NCBI RefSeq assembly: GCF_001194135.2
Contig: NC_068983.1
Coordinates: forward strand, 80,359,630-80,423,342
Reading direction: 5' to 3'
DNA: 63,713 bases
Source: Octopus bimaculoides
Taxonomy: Eukaryota
Part shown: piece by piece, positions 10,391 through 23,119 of the stretch
Position numbering within the stretch: the first letter of the stretch is position 1
Layout of the letters: every line of letters starts with the position of its first letter
The notes under the pieces: generated by a model
Databases searched by the model: none
What the model saw: only the letters and a program-made list of their open reading frames with translations
What the model was told of the DNA's origin: nothing
Program-made: the position numbers and the translations under genes

Positions 10391-12437
10391 GAATCATACT
10401 TGGAGATTCATGGTTGTATATATATATATATAAAATACAAAATAATATGTGAGTATATGCATATATACGTACATGTATGTACATACCTACATCTACATGT
10501 ATATATAGATGCATATCTGGGTACAGGACGTTGCAAAAAAAAACGTGGACAAAATGATAAACAGAGTACAGAAAACACACAGGCCACATAGAGAACATTT
10601 CCAACATCAGCTGCCACCATTCTAAAACTAAGTGTTTTGAAAAGTTAGGGCAGAACACATTGTTAGAACGGCTCTTCCCACGGAGACAAATTAAATTTAT
10701 AACATGGAAGAATGTAATGGCAGACAGAAAGCAAGACAGGAAAACGAAACAGTGAAAATAAACAAGAAAGGCTATATGGCCAGAGGTGAAAAAAGTATGT
10801 GTATACTGAACGCTGTGATGCGATGAACTGAAAGGAAGAGAGATGAAGGGAGTTTGTGCGAGCTTGGCGATGGCCAAGATATGATAGCATGGAAGGCGGA
10901 CGTTAAACGATGAAGATGAAGAGAAAATTCACAATATAATCAGACACCATGAATTGCATTTCGAAAAGTGATGATGTAACTCTTCAATGCTGTAAAACAA
11001 AGAATTGTCAGGAATGAAAGGGTTTTTAAGAAGTGTAAAGTGGGTTGTGAGATAAAATAAGCAAAGGTGGCAACACATGTAACTCAGGAGTTATGCTGGC
11101 TGGTAGTAAAACAGGACAAGTATAATGATTGAGATGTGGTTGTGGAGGCCATGAGTGGATGAAGAGATGGGAGTTATGGCATGGGGAAGATGTAAAAATC
11201 TGTTTCAACACACATTTTTGCATCAAGAATCTTACAAACCAAACACAAAAAGCAAAATTATGAACATATAAACTTTGTTTTAAAGAGACAACTATAAAAA
11301 TATGTTTTACATTTTGAACTGTTTAAATACTTTTGCAGTTGATGATTTTCATCATTTTGCCTTATTTTCATTGTTTTTCAAATAACTTTTTCAAATATGC
11401 CTTAATTTTTTTTCCTTAATACATTTATAACACTGTAACATGATTTTTGTCGTTGGGTAGCAACTATTATTTCCTAATTTGCTTACCACAAGAAAGTATG
11501 TAAAATGGCTAATATTTCCTCTAAACTTTGCTTTTGTTACTTTTATTCAGACCCCAGTGAATCCCTCTCAATATATTGCTATGATACTCCCCCTCTACAT
11601 CTGCTCATGATCAGAGATGCACATATTGACATGCTCAAGTGGTTAAGGACAAGCAACTAACAAGCAAATTTGTGGTATTGAGCAGAATATTTGCTATAAC
11701 AATATTACTGCTTCAGTGCTGAATCTGTCTGAAATGTAATGGAAAATAGGTCAGTTTCAAAACATTGATGTCCAGGTCATAAAAGCAAAGGGAATAGCAG
11801 TCATCTCCTTTGATTTTTAGATAGAAGCAAATAGGAAACAATGCTTACTGAGCAAAGACAAAAAGAAGATAAAAATCTTGTTACACAGTGTAATTGATTA
11901 TCTCTGTTTATTTCTCTACCTTCACCTTCTCCCTTAATTCCTCTCTTTGTCTCCTCTTTTTTTCATTCCTTCTATTTTATTTTATAACTTTTATTTCTAC
12001 TATACTTTTACACTTTATTATACAGTTCTGAACTGTCTTGCTTTCATTTTTTTGTCTGTCTCTCTCTAACTACCTGGCATTTATTCTTTCTCCGCTTCCT
12101 CTTCTCTTCCTCCGTATTCTTCCCTATCTCTGATTCTTTCTCTCTCACTGTGTATGTGTGTGTAACATTCCTCACTCATTGTCTGCAACCAAGCCAAGTA
12201 TGTGCACTAATCCTGAATGTCTTATGTTAACTCTCTATAGCATAAGAGTTAACTTAAGATGTTTTACTCTCTCTCTCTCTTACCTCCTCTTGCTCTGTGA
12301 TGTAAAACATGACAGGAGAAGCCAACCAACCAACAAACCAACCAGTATTTATCTATCATTTTATATATGTATGCATGTGTATGCGTGTGTGTTTGTGTGT
12401 GTGTTTACACATTTGTTTTTGTATGTATGTATGTGTG

Positions 12438-12479
<42 letters not shown>

Positions 12480-12879
12480 AATTTGCATACATACATACAT
12501 GTGTGTGTGCATGGAAACAGATTTATATGGATATAATTTACATGCTTATGAAAGTGTATATCTGTATCTGAATAATTACATGTGTATATATGGGCATATG
12601 TATGTTTATATTTTACATAATGTGTATAAATTTATTCAAATTTACATGTGTCTGTACACACATATATCAGATTCTTTTTACTTCATGTTCTCAATTTGTT
12701 TTCATATCAATCATTTAATTCTTCTTCATAATTATTATTTTTATCTTATTTATTTTATAAACAATGCACTCTTCTCATCCTTTATACTTAAACCTCTATT
12801 TTTGCATATTCCTTTATGACATGTGTATATTAAAATCCATCTATATTTGCTATTTCTTAATTTAGAATGTAAAGGAAAT

Positions 12880-13044
12880 ATGTCTGTTTCAAGAAGAAAT
12901 GGAAGTGGAAGTATATTTGGAAGTCCACCTGATATCTATTTTCAACACAAAATAACTGGTGTTACTAAAGAAATCTTGCTTGAATGGTTGTCCTCTCTTA
13001 ATGATGAGAATGAAAAGAATATTTCTGATTGTTACCCATCAATG
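12880..13044 (+). CDS. CNTD1: CNTD1-like coding exon 1 (MSVSRRNGSG...GVTKEILLEWLSSLNDENEKNISDCYPSM)
   Basis: Acceptor tttag at 12865, ATG at 12880, phase-0 donor GT at 13045. GVTKEILLEWLSSLNDENEKN resembles the CNTD1 N-terminal helix, and the phase matches the next exon. Confidence 0.8.
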
Positions 13045-13602
13045 GTACATTTTTTTCCTGTTGCATTATCTTTGAGTATTTTGTTAATTGTTAGTACTAA
13101 GTACTAATCTTCATGTAAATAAGGTTCAGGAAAAAATGGTTGTTTTCCCCAAGATATACTACATGTAAACTAAGCCTTCAAGTCATATCTCTTGAACTCA
13201 ATAAGAGCAGTTATGGAACTTAAATAATATAATGTACATTAATACTGAATAACAATCTTTTGCACATGGTATGATTGCTTATTTTATCATCAAGTTCAGC
13301 ATTACCCAAACAGGATTATTTGAGTGGTTACTATATCTTCTGTGAGACATAGTGGCATATATATATATATATATATATANNNNNNNNNNNNNNNNNNNNN
13401 NNNNNNNNNNNNNNNNNNNNNNNNNNNNNNNNNNNNNNNNNNNNNNNNNNNNNNNNNNNNNNNNNNNNNNNNNNNNNNNNNNNNNNNNNNNNNNNNNNNN
13501 NNNNNNNNNNNNNNNNNNNNNNNNNNNNNNNNNNNNNNNNNNNNNNNNNNNNNNNNNNNNNNNNNNNNNNNNNNNNNNNNNNNNNNNNNNNNAATCCCAA
13601 AA

Positions 13603-13700
13603 AGAAGAACAAACGCAAAAAAGCAACAACGCGAGGACATGGTACTTGTAAAGTATTAGCAGACGCTCAGGGAAGGAAAGAAAGATGGTTTAACATTTGA
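13603..13700 (-). mobile_element. Penelope-type terminal fragment next to a gap
   Basis: caacaacgcgaggac...gtatta..gacgctcagggaaggaaag is similar to 8835-8895. Confidence 0.55.
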
Positions 13701-13732
13701 AAGATGGTTTAACATATATATATATATGTATA

Positions 13733-14154
13733 TTCTTTTATCTGTTTCAGTCATTTGACTGCAGCCATGCTGGAGCACCAGCTTTAGTCAAACAAGTCTA
13801 CCCCACAACTTACTCTTTGTAAGTCTAGTACTCATTCTATTGGTCTATTTGCCGAAATGCTAAGTTACAGGGAGGGACGTAAACACACCAGCATCGGTTG
13901 TCAAACGATGGTGGGGGGACAGACACAGACACACAAACATACACACACACACACATATATACATATACATATACATATACATATATATATATACGATGGG
14001 CTTTTTAGTTTCTGTCTACCAAATCCACTCACAAGGCTTTGGTCAGCCTGAGGGTATCGTAGAAGACACTTGCCCAAGGTGCCACACTGTGGGACTGAAC
14101 CCAGTACCATGTGGTTGGTAAGCAAGCTACTTTCCATACAGTAACACCTGCACC
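13733..14154 (-). mobile_element. tRNA-SINE family A, full length
   Basis: Reverse complement of 35140-35597, including the tRNA-like head and central microsatellite. Confidence 0.88.
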
Positions 14155-14159
14155 TATTA

Positions 14160-14218
<59 letters not shown>

Positions 14219-14289
14219 TTATATACATATATATGTATATATGTATGTATATGTATATATATATGTATGTATATATATGTATATATATA

Positions 14290-15262
14290 CACGGTGCGTA
14301 AGGTATCTGAAGACATACCTTTTTTGGGTCAATGCTGCATTTTTTGCTAACTCTGTATGATCTTTGTTTCAGAAAATAATAATGGCAGACTCTCACCTTA
14401 CTCAAGAAATGAAGAGTCATGCTGTTATTGTGGTTATAAAAGCTGAGCATAGTGATCTAGAAATATCTCGAATTTTAAAAGTTGCTAGATCTTTCATCTA
14501 CAAAGTTTGTAAGGAACTAGAGACTGAAGATGGAAAAGTATCACCAGTATCAAAGCATAAAAAGCATTCTAAATGCTCTGAAATCATCAGAACATCTGAA
14601 TTTATCCAGCAAGTTCAACAGACCATTGATTACAATCCCAGAAAGTCCATGAGGCCAATTGCAAAAGATCTCCATGTGTCAGAAGGAACAGTCAGAAATG
14701 TTGTCCACGAAGACATCAGATGGAAGTCATATATGATGAAGAAAGGTCAATTTGTCAGAAAAACAAAAGAAAATTACTACATCAGATCTAAAAGGCTCTT
14801 AAACAAACTGAAAAATCCAGCAGAAGAAGATTTGATTTGGATTTTCTCAAATGAGAAAAGCTTTGACCAAGAACAAAAAGTTAACAGAAGAAATGACAGA
14901 TGGTTATGTGCAGACCGTTCTGAAGTTCCAAGTGTTATGCATACAAAATTTCCTTCAACTGTCATGATTTTAGGGGTTGTCAACAATGAAGGACATGTGA
15001 TGTCTCCTTACTTCTTTCCACAAGGTCTTAGTGTTAACTCTGCTGCCTACTTTGAGGTCCTGGAAATAATTGTTAAGCCTTGGATAGACAGTATATGCAA
15101 TGGAAGGCCATATGTGTTTCAGTAAGACTCTGCACTATCACACATGGCTGTAGTAACACAGGAATGGATGGCTGAAAATTTTCATGATCACATAACACCT
15201 AGCATTTGGCCTCCTAATTCCCCAGATCTCAATCCATTGGACTATTACATGTGGAGCATTGT
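14290..15262 (+). mobile_element. DD37D (maT) Tc1/mariner transposon, defective transposase
   Basis: TA+CACGGTGCG start inside a (TA)n run. ORF 14382-15125 has an HTH region and FSNEK (first catalytic D replaced by N). It continues past TAA as FQ*DSA...WPPNSPDLNPLDYYMW, with 37 residues between the second and third D. The right end is missing. Confidence 0.9.
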
Positions 15263-15570
15263 TGCCATCAAGTAGATTACTGGAACTTTGGCTACTATGA
15301 CTAAATTTGGGTTGAATACAGAAGTGGTTTCCCACTGTCTTCTCCAAGCTGGTGGGATTTGAACTTAGAATGTAGAGAGCTGGAAGATATGTCATGAAGC
15401 ATTTGTGCCGACATGCCAAATAATTCTGCCACCCTTCCACCCACAGAGCAACATGAAAGGAAGTGTTTTGCTCAAGAACACAATGCACCACCCAGTCTAG
15501 CAATCAAACCTGCAATTTAGCAATCATAAGTGCAACACCCTAATCATTAGGCCTCGCACCTTCACACACG

Positions 15571-15686
<116 letters not shown>

Positions 15687-16877
15687 AATTAGATGGAAAT
15701 GCATTTTTGAGTTATTTTTATGTTTAATTCTATATTCACAATTTTATAATACATGCACTGCATATTCCTGAAGGTGGAAAAATCCTGGCATCTGTTGGTA
15801 GTTAAGGGAGGCTGTGAAGAAAATATGACATCTTCAGGAATAAGGGAAATTGAATTAAAGCAAGAGCCTGATTATTGGAAACTTTCTCAAAATTTCAATG
15901 TGGTATCTGATGATATAATCGGTGCCAAATCTATCTAAGATAGTTTAATGATTTGTTTAACTTTATGGGAAAGATTAAAAAAAAAATTAATAATAAAAAA
16001 ATAATTAATAAAAATACATATTTGTGTGTAGTGATTCACAGGGACACAAAAGGTAGTTCAAGGATTCCCCAAGCGTAAAAAAATGGTTGGGAAATTCTGA
16101 TCTAGATTAGAATTTATTATTATATCAATATGAACTAACATTTTTAGCAGCTCTCTGTTGTTACATGTTTAATGTATTGCAATATCATATATGTGTGTGT
16201 CTTAATTTATAAACAAAATATCAACGTTGAAAGAGGAATTTAAAAAATAACATGGAACACAAAAACGGATAATACTTTTTTAATGATTTCAGAAATGTTT
16301 TCAGAATAATTTTGAACATTTTCATCTAATAGGTTTCTTCTACTATATTGATTCTTTAATATTTGTGTAGATAATACACAATCACAGCAATAACAATGAA
16401 AATTACTTATATATTTCTTTCATCAGAAACTGTTTCATAGATATTATTGAAAATGGATTGTATTAAAGCTCCTACAAAGTATATGTATGTGTGCACACAT
16501 GTATGCATGTGTGTGTATGCTCATATATGTATATACATATGTATATATATGGATGTATACAAATATAAATATATATGTTTACACCCTCACACACACACAC
16601 ATCATCATCATCATCATCAACACTTAATGTTCACTTTGCATGCTGGCATGTGTTAGATAGTTTGATAGGAGCTGGCTAGGCAGTAGTTTGCACCGTGCTT
16701 CACTGTCTGTTTCGGCATAGTTTTTACAGCTGGATGCCATTTCTAACACCAGCCACTCCACAGAGTGGATTGTGTACATATGTGTGTGTGTGTGTGTGTG
16801 TATGTATATGTGTGTGTGTGAGTGTATGTATATGTATCTACAGATGTATGTATGTATATATATATAATATGTATATA

Positions 16878-16924
<47 letters not shown>

Positions 16925-16929
16925 TATAT

Positions 16930-17590
16930 GCATATGTATATGTACATGCCTACATCTATACGTATATATAATATAAGCATTCGTGGGCACAGGACATCAT
17001 AAAACGTGTACAACAAAAAAATACGAAGCATAAATACATGGGACATGAACTATTCTTTTGAACAACGAAAGACACAAATGGAAAACAAAACAAACAACAT
17101 AAAGAACGACCCTTCATCAGTTATTGGCTGTTTTTCTAGTCTCGTATTTCGAGCGTTTAACATCAATATACGCTTTCGATGAAACAGTTGCTCCCACAAA
17201 GCAAATTAAATAAAATTTGGGATTTTTGCGAAAGATCAAAATAGGTAACGCAAGCAGGACAGTGAAAACAAACAGGAAGTGTTGCTAAGCCTAAACGAGG
17301 TTGTGGTGGCAAACACGTAAATCAAGCGTGGACAGGAGACAAACAAGAACACGTCGTCCTTGTTCCAACTACAACGTGGGACTAGAAAAACTGCCAACAA
17401 CTGATGAAGGGTCGTTCTTTATGTTGTTTGTTTTGTTTTCCATTCGTGTCTTTCGTTGTTCAAAAGAATAGTTCATGTTCCATGTACTCGTGCTTCATAT
17501 TTTTTGTTGTACTTGTTTTATGACGTCCTGTGCCCACGTATGCTTATATATATATATATATACGTATAGATATAGGTATGTACATATACG
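16930..17590. repeat. Inverted repeat, arms about 210 bp, spacer about 236 bp
   Basis: 16930-17142 is a high-identity reverse complement of 17379-17590 (e.g. aagaacgacccttcatcagtt / aactgatgaagggtcgttctt). Confidence 0.9.
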
Positions 17591-17995
17591 TATATATATA
17601 TATATGCATATATNNNNNNNNNNNNNNNNNNNNNNNNNNNNNNNNNNNNNNNNNNNNNNNNNNNNNNNNNNNNNNNNNNNNNNNNNNNNNNNNNNNNNNN
17701 NNNNNNNNNNNNNNNNNNATATATATATATATACAAGGTATGTGTGTGAGTGTGTACATATATATAAGTGTATACTAGGTATTCAATGACAGATGTATGT
17801 AAGTGATGTTGAAGTTTATAAATGCAGTCACTTTACCAGTATACAGTCTCTAGTTCTTCAGAATCAGTTACAATGGGGTGGTCTTTGTGATGAGGATGGA
17901 TGATAATTGAATCATCTAACAATTCATATATGGTGAGCTAGCCCTGGGTAAAATTCCCTGAATGTTGAATAGGTACATGCTATACACTGACATCC

Positions 17996-18054
17996 CCTCT
18001 TGTCCCTCCCCTCTTGTCCCTTCCCCTCTTGTCCCTTCCCCTCTTGTCCCCTTC
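17996..18054. repeat. 14-15 bp minisatellite (tcccctcttgtccct), about 4 units
   Basis: Direct tandem copies are visible. Confidence 0.85.
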
Positions 18055-19069
18055 CGAGAACCACTATAATTCCTCATTCTCTTTCTCCACCCATGCTCTC
18101 TCCCCTCTGCTAGACTCCATCCTCAGAATGACTCCCATTCTTCACTATTTTCCTCCAGCCATGATCTCTCTCCTCTCTAGCTATGCTCCATCCATCAATC
18201 CATCCACCTCTTTCATCTCCTATCTTTCTCAATGCCCTCACATATCTAACATAAACCCTATCTTTGAGCCCCTCCTTTACCTTTCACCTTCAATTACTAC
18301 AGCCACTTCTGTCTCATCAAACCATCTCCCCTCACATTCTTATGAATTTTTTCCCTCTATCCCTCTATCACTTCACCTGTACCCCCCCCCCCCNNNNNNN
18401 NNNNNNNNNNNNNNNNNNNNNNNNNNNNNNNCCCCACATCCCATGCTCTGAGGCTGTATCCTGACCTATCTACCTATATCTCTCTTACTCTTCCTATTTC
18501 TATCTATCTCTCTAAGTTTTCTTCTCCCTTCTACAACTGGGATATCCTTGTATCTCTTCTACAGTAAGACTCCTATCTGTAACCTTCTATTATTCTTTAA
18601 ACTTCTCATCAACTGGTACAAAGCCACCTCCCTCAATACTAATACCTCCAGTTAAGAGGACTTTGTCTTCTCGTGCATGGTACTTGGTGACCCTGCTGGT
18701 GCTAGTGCCAGGAAAAATAAATCACTCAGTATTCTCTGTAAAGTGGTTGACATTAGGAACAGCATCCAGCCATAGAAGCTATTCCACAACAGACAACAGA
18801 ACTTGGCATAGCCCTCTGGTTTGCCAACTCTTGTCAAACCATCCAACCCATGCCTGCATGGAAAATGGATGTTAAGTGATGATGATGATGAGTTAGCCCT
18901 GGGTAAAAGACCAGCACACAAACTGGAATTAAGGCAGAAGGACTGCAAGAAGAATATACTGGAGAAGGTGAAGATCTTTGAAGATGGATGGGGAGTGGGG
19001 AAACCTTGCTCTATTAACCATGGAGGATAATACTGAATAATGTGAGGAGAGAATTCAAACAAAATTGAA

Positions 19070-19447
19070 TTGAGCATAGACATCTCAAGAGAGATGTTTG
19101 CAAGGATCTTGATGTAAATTTGCTTGAGAATGTTGGCACACAGCTCAATTCAACAAGTGTCAGCATGTCTGTTTAAGTGAGACAGGCTTTAGAAGTCATC
19201 ATTGGAGTTACACATACAGAGAAGTTGTTAACTATGCATTATACAGCATTTCTACTTGAAGGAGTATGCAAAAGAATGTGTATCAAGAGATGATCTGAGA
19301 CGTCATATGAAAGTTCATGAAAATGATACTAGAACATCTACGACAAGAGGTGTCCATCATTGCTACATCTATACAAAAGAGTATAAATCCCTTGCAAGTC
19401 TGAAAAGTCACATCTGTGCTGCACATTTTTTAAAAGAGAATAATTAA
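19070..19447 (+). mobile_element. Decayed LINE ORF2 C-terminus with two C2H2-like fingers
   Basis: ORF 19256-19447 has KECVSRDDLRRHMKVH and HCYIYTKEYKSLASLKSHICAAH; no splice context was found. Confidence 0.45.
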
Positions 19448-19501
19448 GTGATGGTATTACTCAAAATTGAATTGCAGTCATCATGTATATATATATATGT
19501 A

Positions 19502-19502
<1 letters not shown>

Positions 19503-19540
<38 letters not shown>

Positions 19541-20149
19541 TTAACGTCCGCCTTCCATGCTAGCATGGGTTGGACGATTTGACTGAGGACTGGCAAACCA
19601 GATGGCTACACCAGGCTCCAATCTGATTTGGCAGAGTTTCTACAGCTGGATGCCCTTTTTACCGCCAACCACTCCGAGAGTGTAGTGGGTGCTTTTACGT
19701 GCCACCGGCACGAAGGCCAGTCAAGCGGTACTGGCAACGGCCATGCTCAAAATGATGTATTTTACATGCCACCTGCACAGGAGCCAGTCCAGCGGAACTA
19801 GCAACGACCTTGCTCGAATGTCTTTTCACGTGCCACTGGCACAAGTGCCAGTAAGGCGATGCTGGTAACAATCACACTCAAATGGTGTTTTTACGTGCCA
19901 CTGGCATGGAAGCCAGACAGCTGCTCTAGCAACGATCATGCTCGGACAGTGCTCTTAGCGCTCCACTGGTACAGGTGCCATCACGATTTCACTTGCCCCA
20001 ACAAGTCTTCGCAAGCCGAGTTTAGTGTCCAATGAAGGAAAGGTACACATAAGTGGGCTGGCTACACCCCTGGCAGAGGCCTTGGATTATGGTCTCACTT
20101 GGCTTGCCGGGTCTTCTCACGCACAGCATATTTCCAAAGGTCTCGGTCA
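19503..20149 (-). mobile_element. RTE LINE 3' end (last codons, 3'UTR, (GAT)n tail)
   Basis: The minus strand begins DRDLWKYAVREKTRQAK* and ends gcatggaaggcggacgttaaatgatgatgat. Related pieces lie at 16605-16790, 20806-21125, 24728-25060, 30621-30826 and 36816-36905. Confidence 0.8.
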
Positions 20150-21912
20150 CAAATATAAATATATATATATAATGTGTATATATATGTAAATGTATGTGTA
20201 TGTATATGTCAATCCTACCTGTGGTATATAGGCAGAGATAACTGTCACTGTTAAGTTGCATATAACTAGTCTCATCTTAATTATCCTATTGCACACCTTG
20301 TCTACCTCAGTTACTTTATCCATTTCTCAACTAACAGTATGCCTACTCCAGTCCTGCTCTCACTATTACTCATTCAAAACAATTTCTGTTCTCATTTGTC
20401 TGTGAGGAGTTTTGGTTGAGGATCTTTTCTATCTTACCTCTTGTACACAGCACTCATCCACTTGTTTCTGCTCCAGCATCTCCACAATCTCACTAGACCT
20501 ACCTTTCATCATGCCTGTATTTCTGGCTGTAGCACTAAAGTTTTGGAATTTACAGGAAGTGGGGAGGGGTGTGTCTCTCTAATGGAAAGGCTGTTTGTTT
20601 TTGGTTCATTGCTGCTTGAAGATATCTGTACCTGTGAAGAATAAGAAAAGTTATGTTTTGGTTTGCTAGCAGTTGTGCTTTGGTTTACTGGCAGATTTAT
20701 GCACATTATCATATTTGTCCTTTCATTTAATTTGCTATCATTCAGTCGTTTATTCATTTTAGAACACTTGTTGCATATTCTAAAACAAGTGCTGCTTGCA
20801 AGTATTATCATCAGCATTATTGTTTAACGTCTGCTTTCCACGTTGGCATGTGTTTGATGGTTTAACAGGAGCTGACCTGCTGCAGAGCTGTCCAGACTCC
20901 AATTGTTTGTTTTGGCATGGTTTCTATGGCTGGATCCACTTTCTAACTACCAACCACTTTACAGAGTATGCTGGGTGTTGTTTACATGCCACTAACATGG
21001 GTGTGTATATATAGCACCAGCACAAGTGCATTATATGTGGCACTGGCACCTACAAAACAAAGACCTCTCAGCTGGGACAGGGAATGGAGGCATGGCCATA
21101 AAGGACATGCCTGTATGTATGGATGGCTGAAGTAAGTATTCCTAATATCATTAGCATTACTGATGTTATGCATATTTACTTTGATGTCTTATTCATTTAC
21201 AACCTTTGGCAGGATGCTGATAGGAGACAGGGAAGTAGTACCTGGTACACAAAGCATATAATATATAGGGGAATACAGTTACAGAAGTGGGAGGTTGAGA
21301 TTTTTATGTATCAGGGGAAACTAGAAGGAAGATTTTAAGTATAGGTAGAGGGGGTGGGATTGCTGAGTGTGTCATGCATAAGTGAACCCCAAACTTTTAT
21401 GACAGAGAGAGAAATATAGATTATTAATGAGAGAGGAGAAAGTATTTATTATTAAAGAGAACAAAAAGAGATATATTAAGGGGACAAAACAAGGGGTAAC
21501 TTTAAAATAGTGAATGGATGTGACAAAATTAAAGATAGGAAAAACATAAAATAATGCCTTCTTATCTTAGTAAATACATAGTATGTGTGTGTGTGTGTGT
21601 GTGTGTGTGTTTGTGTTTGTGTGTGTGTGATTAACTTGCTGTTAACTTTTATTTAAGCTTTTCACTGGGTTTGTAGAAACTCAGGTTAGTAAACATAATA
21701 AATGTTTTTATGTCTATAGAAAAATATTTGTCTTGATTTCTTCCATTAAACTCTTTCAACATACAAAGTATTCTTTCTATAAATAACAACTTCAAACATC
21801 AATTTTACTTCTCATTTTAAGATGTTGCAAGTTTTACTGAGAATTCAGTCTCATTGATAACTGCTTTATGCATGTACATAGAGAGTTAATGCTGTGCAAC
21901 ATGTGCGTGTGT

Positions 21913-21953
<41 letters not shown>

Positions 21954-22121
21954 CACATACACACACACACACATGCACACGCACATGTACATGCACACAC
22001 ACGTCCCACCCACTTAAACTTTAGCAATAGTTGGATACTAACTTGATGATTTAATCTGTGTTGAACATTTCTGATAAACTGATTAATAAACTATCATGGT
22101 ATTATTACAATTAAATTACAG

Positions 22122-22225
22122 GGTATTTTTAAATATGGTGAATTTGCTGAATTTATATTTTTGACATGTGAAAAGTTCAAACTTTCTGATGAAGTTCGTT
22201 ATCTTGCAGTAGAATTATTTGACAG
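22122..22225 (+). CDS. CNTD1: CNTD1-like coding exon 2 (GIFKYGEFAEFIFLTCEKFKLSDEVRYLAVELFDR)
   Basis: ttacag acceptor and AG|gtatgt donor, phase 0 to 2. Cyclin-box helices match CNTD1 (EFVFLL...YQAVEILER) as recalled. Confidence 0.92.
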
Positions 22226-23119
22226 GTATGTTTATTACATTATTGGCTTTCAATTCTTGATACAATGGTAGAATGGCAGGAATGATAGAATGCTAGACTA
22301 AATGCCTTAGAATTTAATCATATACCTTAGAGTGTTATCATATTTAAAGTAGCGAGCATTAAAAAGCTAATTAAACATAATTATGTAACAAGAACATTAC
22401 TTTGCTCTCCAAGTTAAGACACCCAGTGAAGTCAGATTTCTCCAGTCATGTACAAGGATCAGCTCATTTGATGATCTTCCATGTCAAGGAATCTGTGAAC
22501 TTATATCAATGTGCAAAAACATTTATTATTTATTGAACACTAAATAATTGTCAAATATGCAAATCACGTTTTGATTGAAGAGATTATTTCTAGTTATGTA
22601 TGCTGTTTATATTGGTCAGATTGATGTCTTCATCTTGATTCTTGCTCTCACTAGATTTTGACTGAAGTACGCTCCAGCCTTCTTCAGGTGTCTTGTGTTG
22701 AACTTGGTTGTTGTATCAGGAGTTTTTGAATCTACAACTTGGTTGTTGTATTAGAATTTTGAGCTCAAGACACCTGAAGAAGTCTGGAACATACAAAAGC
22801 TGAAATGTAGTGAAAGCAACAATCAAGATGAGGATACCAATCCAACTAATATAAATGGTATACATAAGTTCTTTATTTCAGATATATAGAATTGCATTAT
22901 TTTTAGTTGTCTATATTCTACATCATGATTTGTGAACAATAGCTTTGTTGGTTAGAATACAGATTTCCAGTTGACTAATCACTGGTTCGCGACACTGATA
23001 AGGGATTATCACTTGATATTATTTTGATTTCTTGCTAATGTTTTTAATTTACTGATGTACATTGGCAAAAGGTATACACATATATGGGTGCAGGTGTAGC
23101 TGTCTGGTAAGACGCTTGC

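Noticed and set aside
8756-10877. 542-aa and 627-aa ORFs as genes
   Set aside because: Inflated by the 988-N gap; only the GIY-YIG part (10091-10384) is meaningful.
12823-13107. 94-aa single-exon ORF
   Set aside because: It is CNTD1 exon 1 read through flanking intron; the splice sites at 12865 and 13045 define the real part.
16040-16105. Possible hAT MITE right end (aaaatggttgggaaattctgatctag); similar at about 48190-48265
   Set aside because: Too decayed; no matching left TIR or TSD found.
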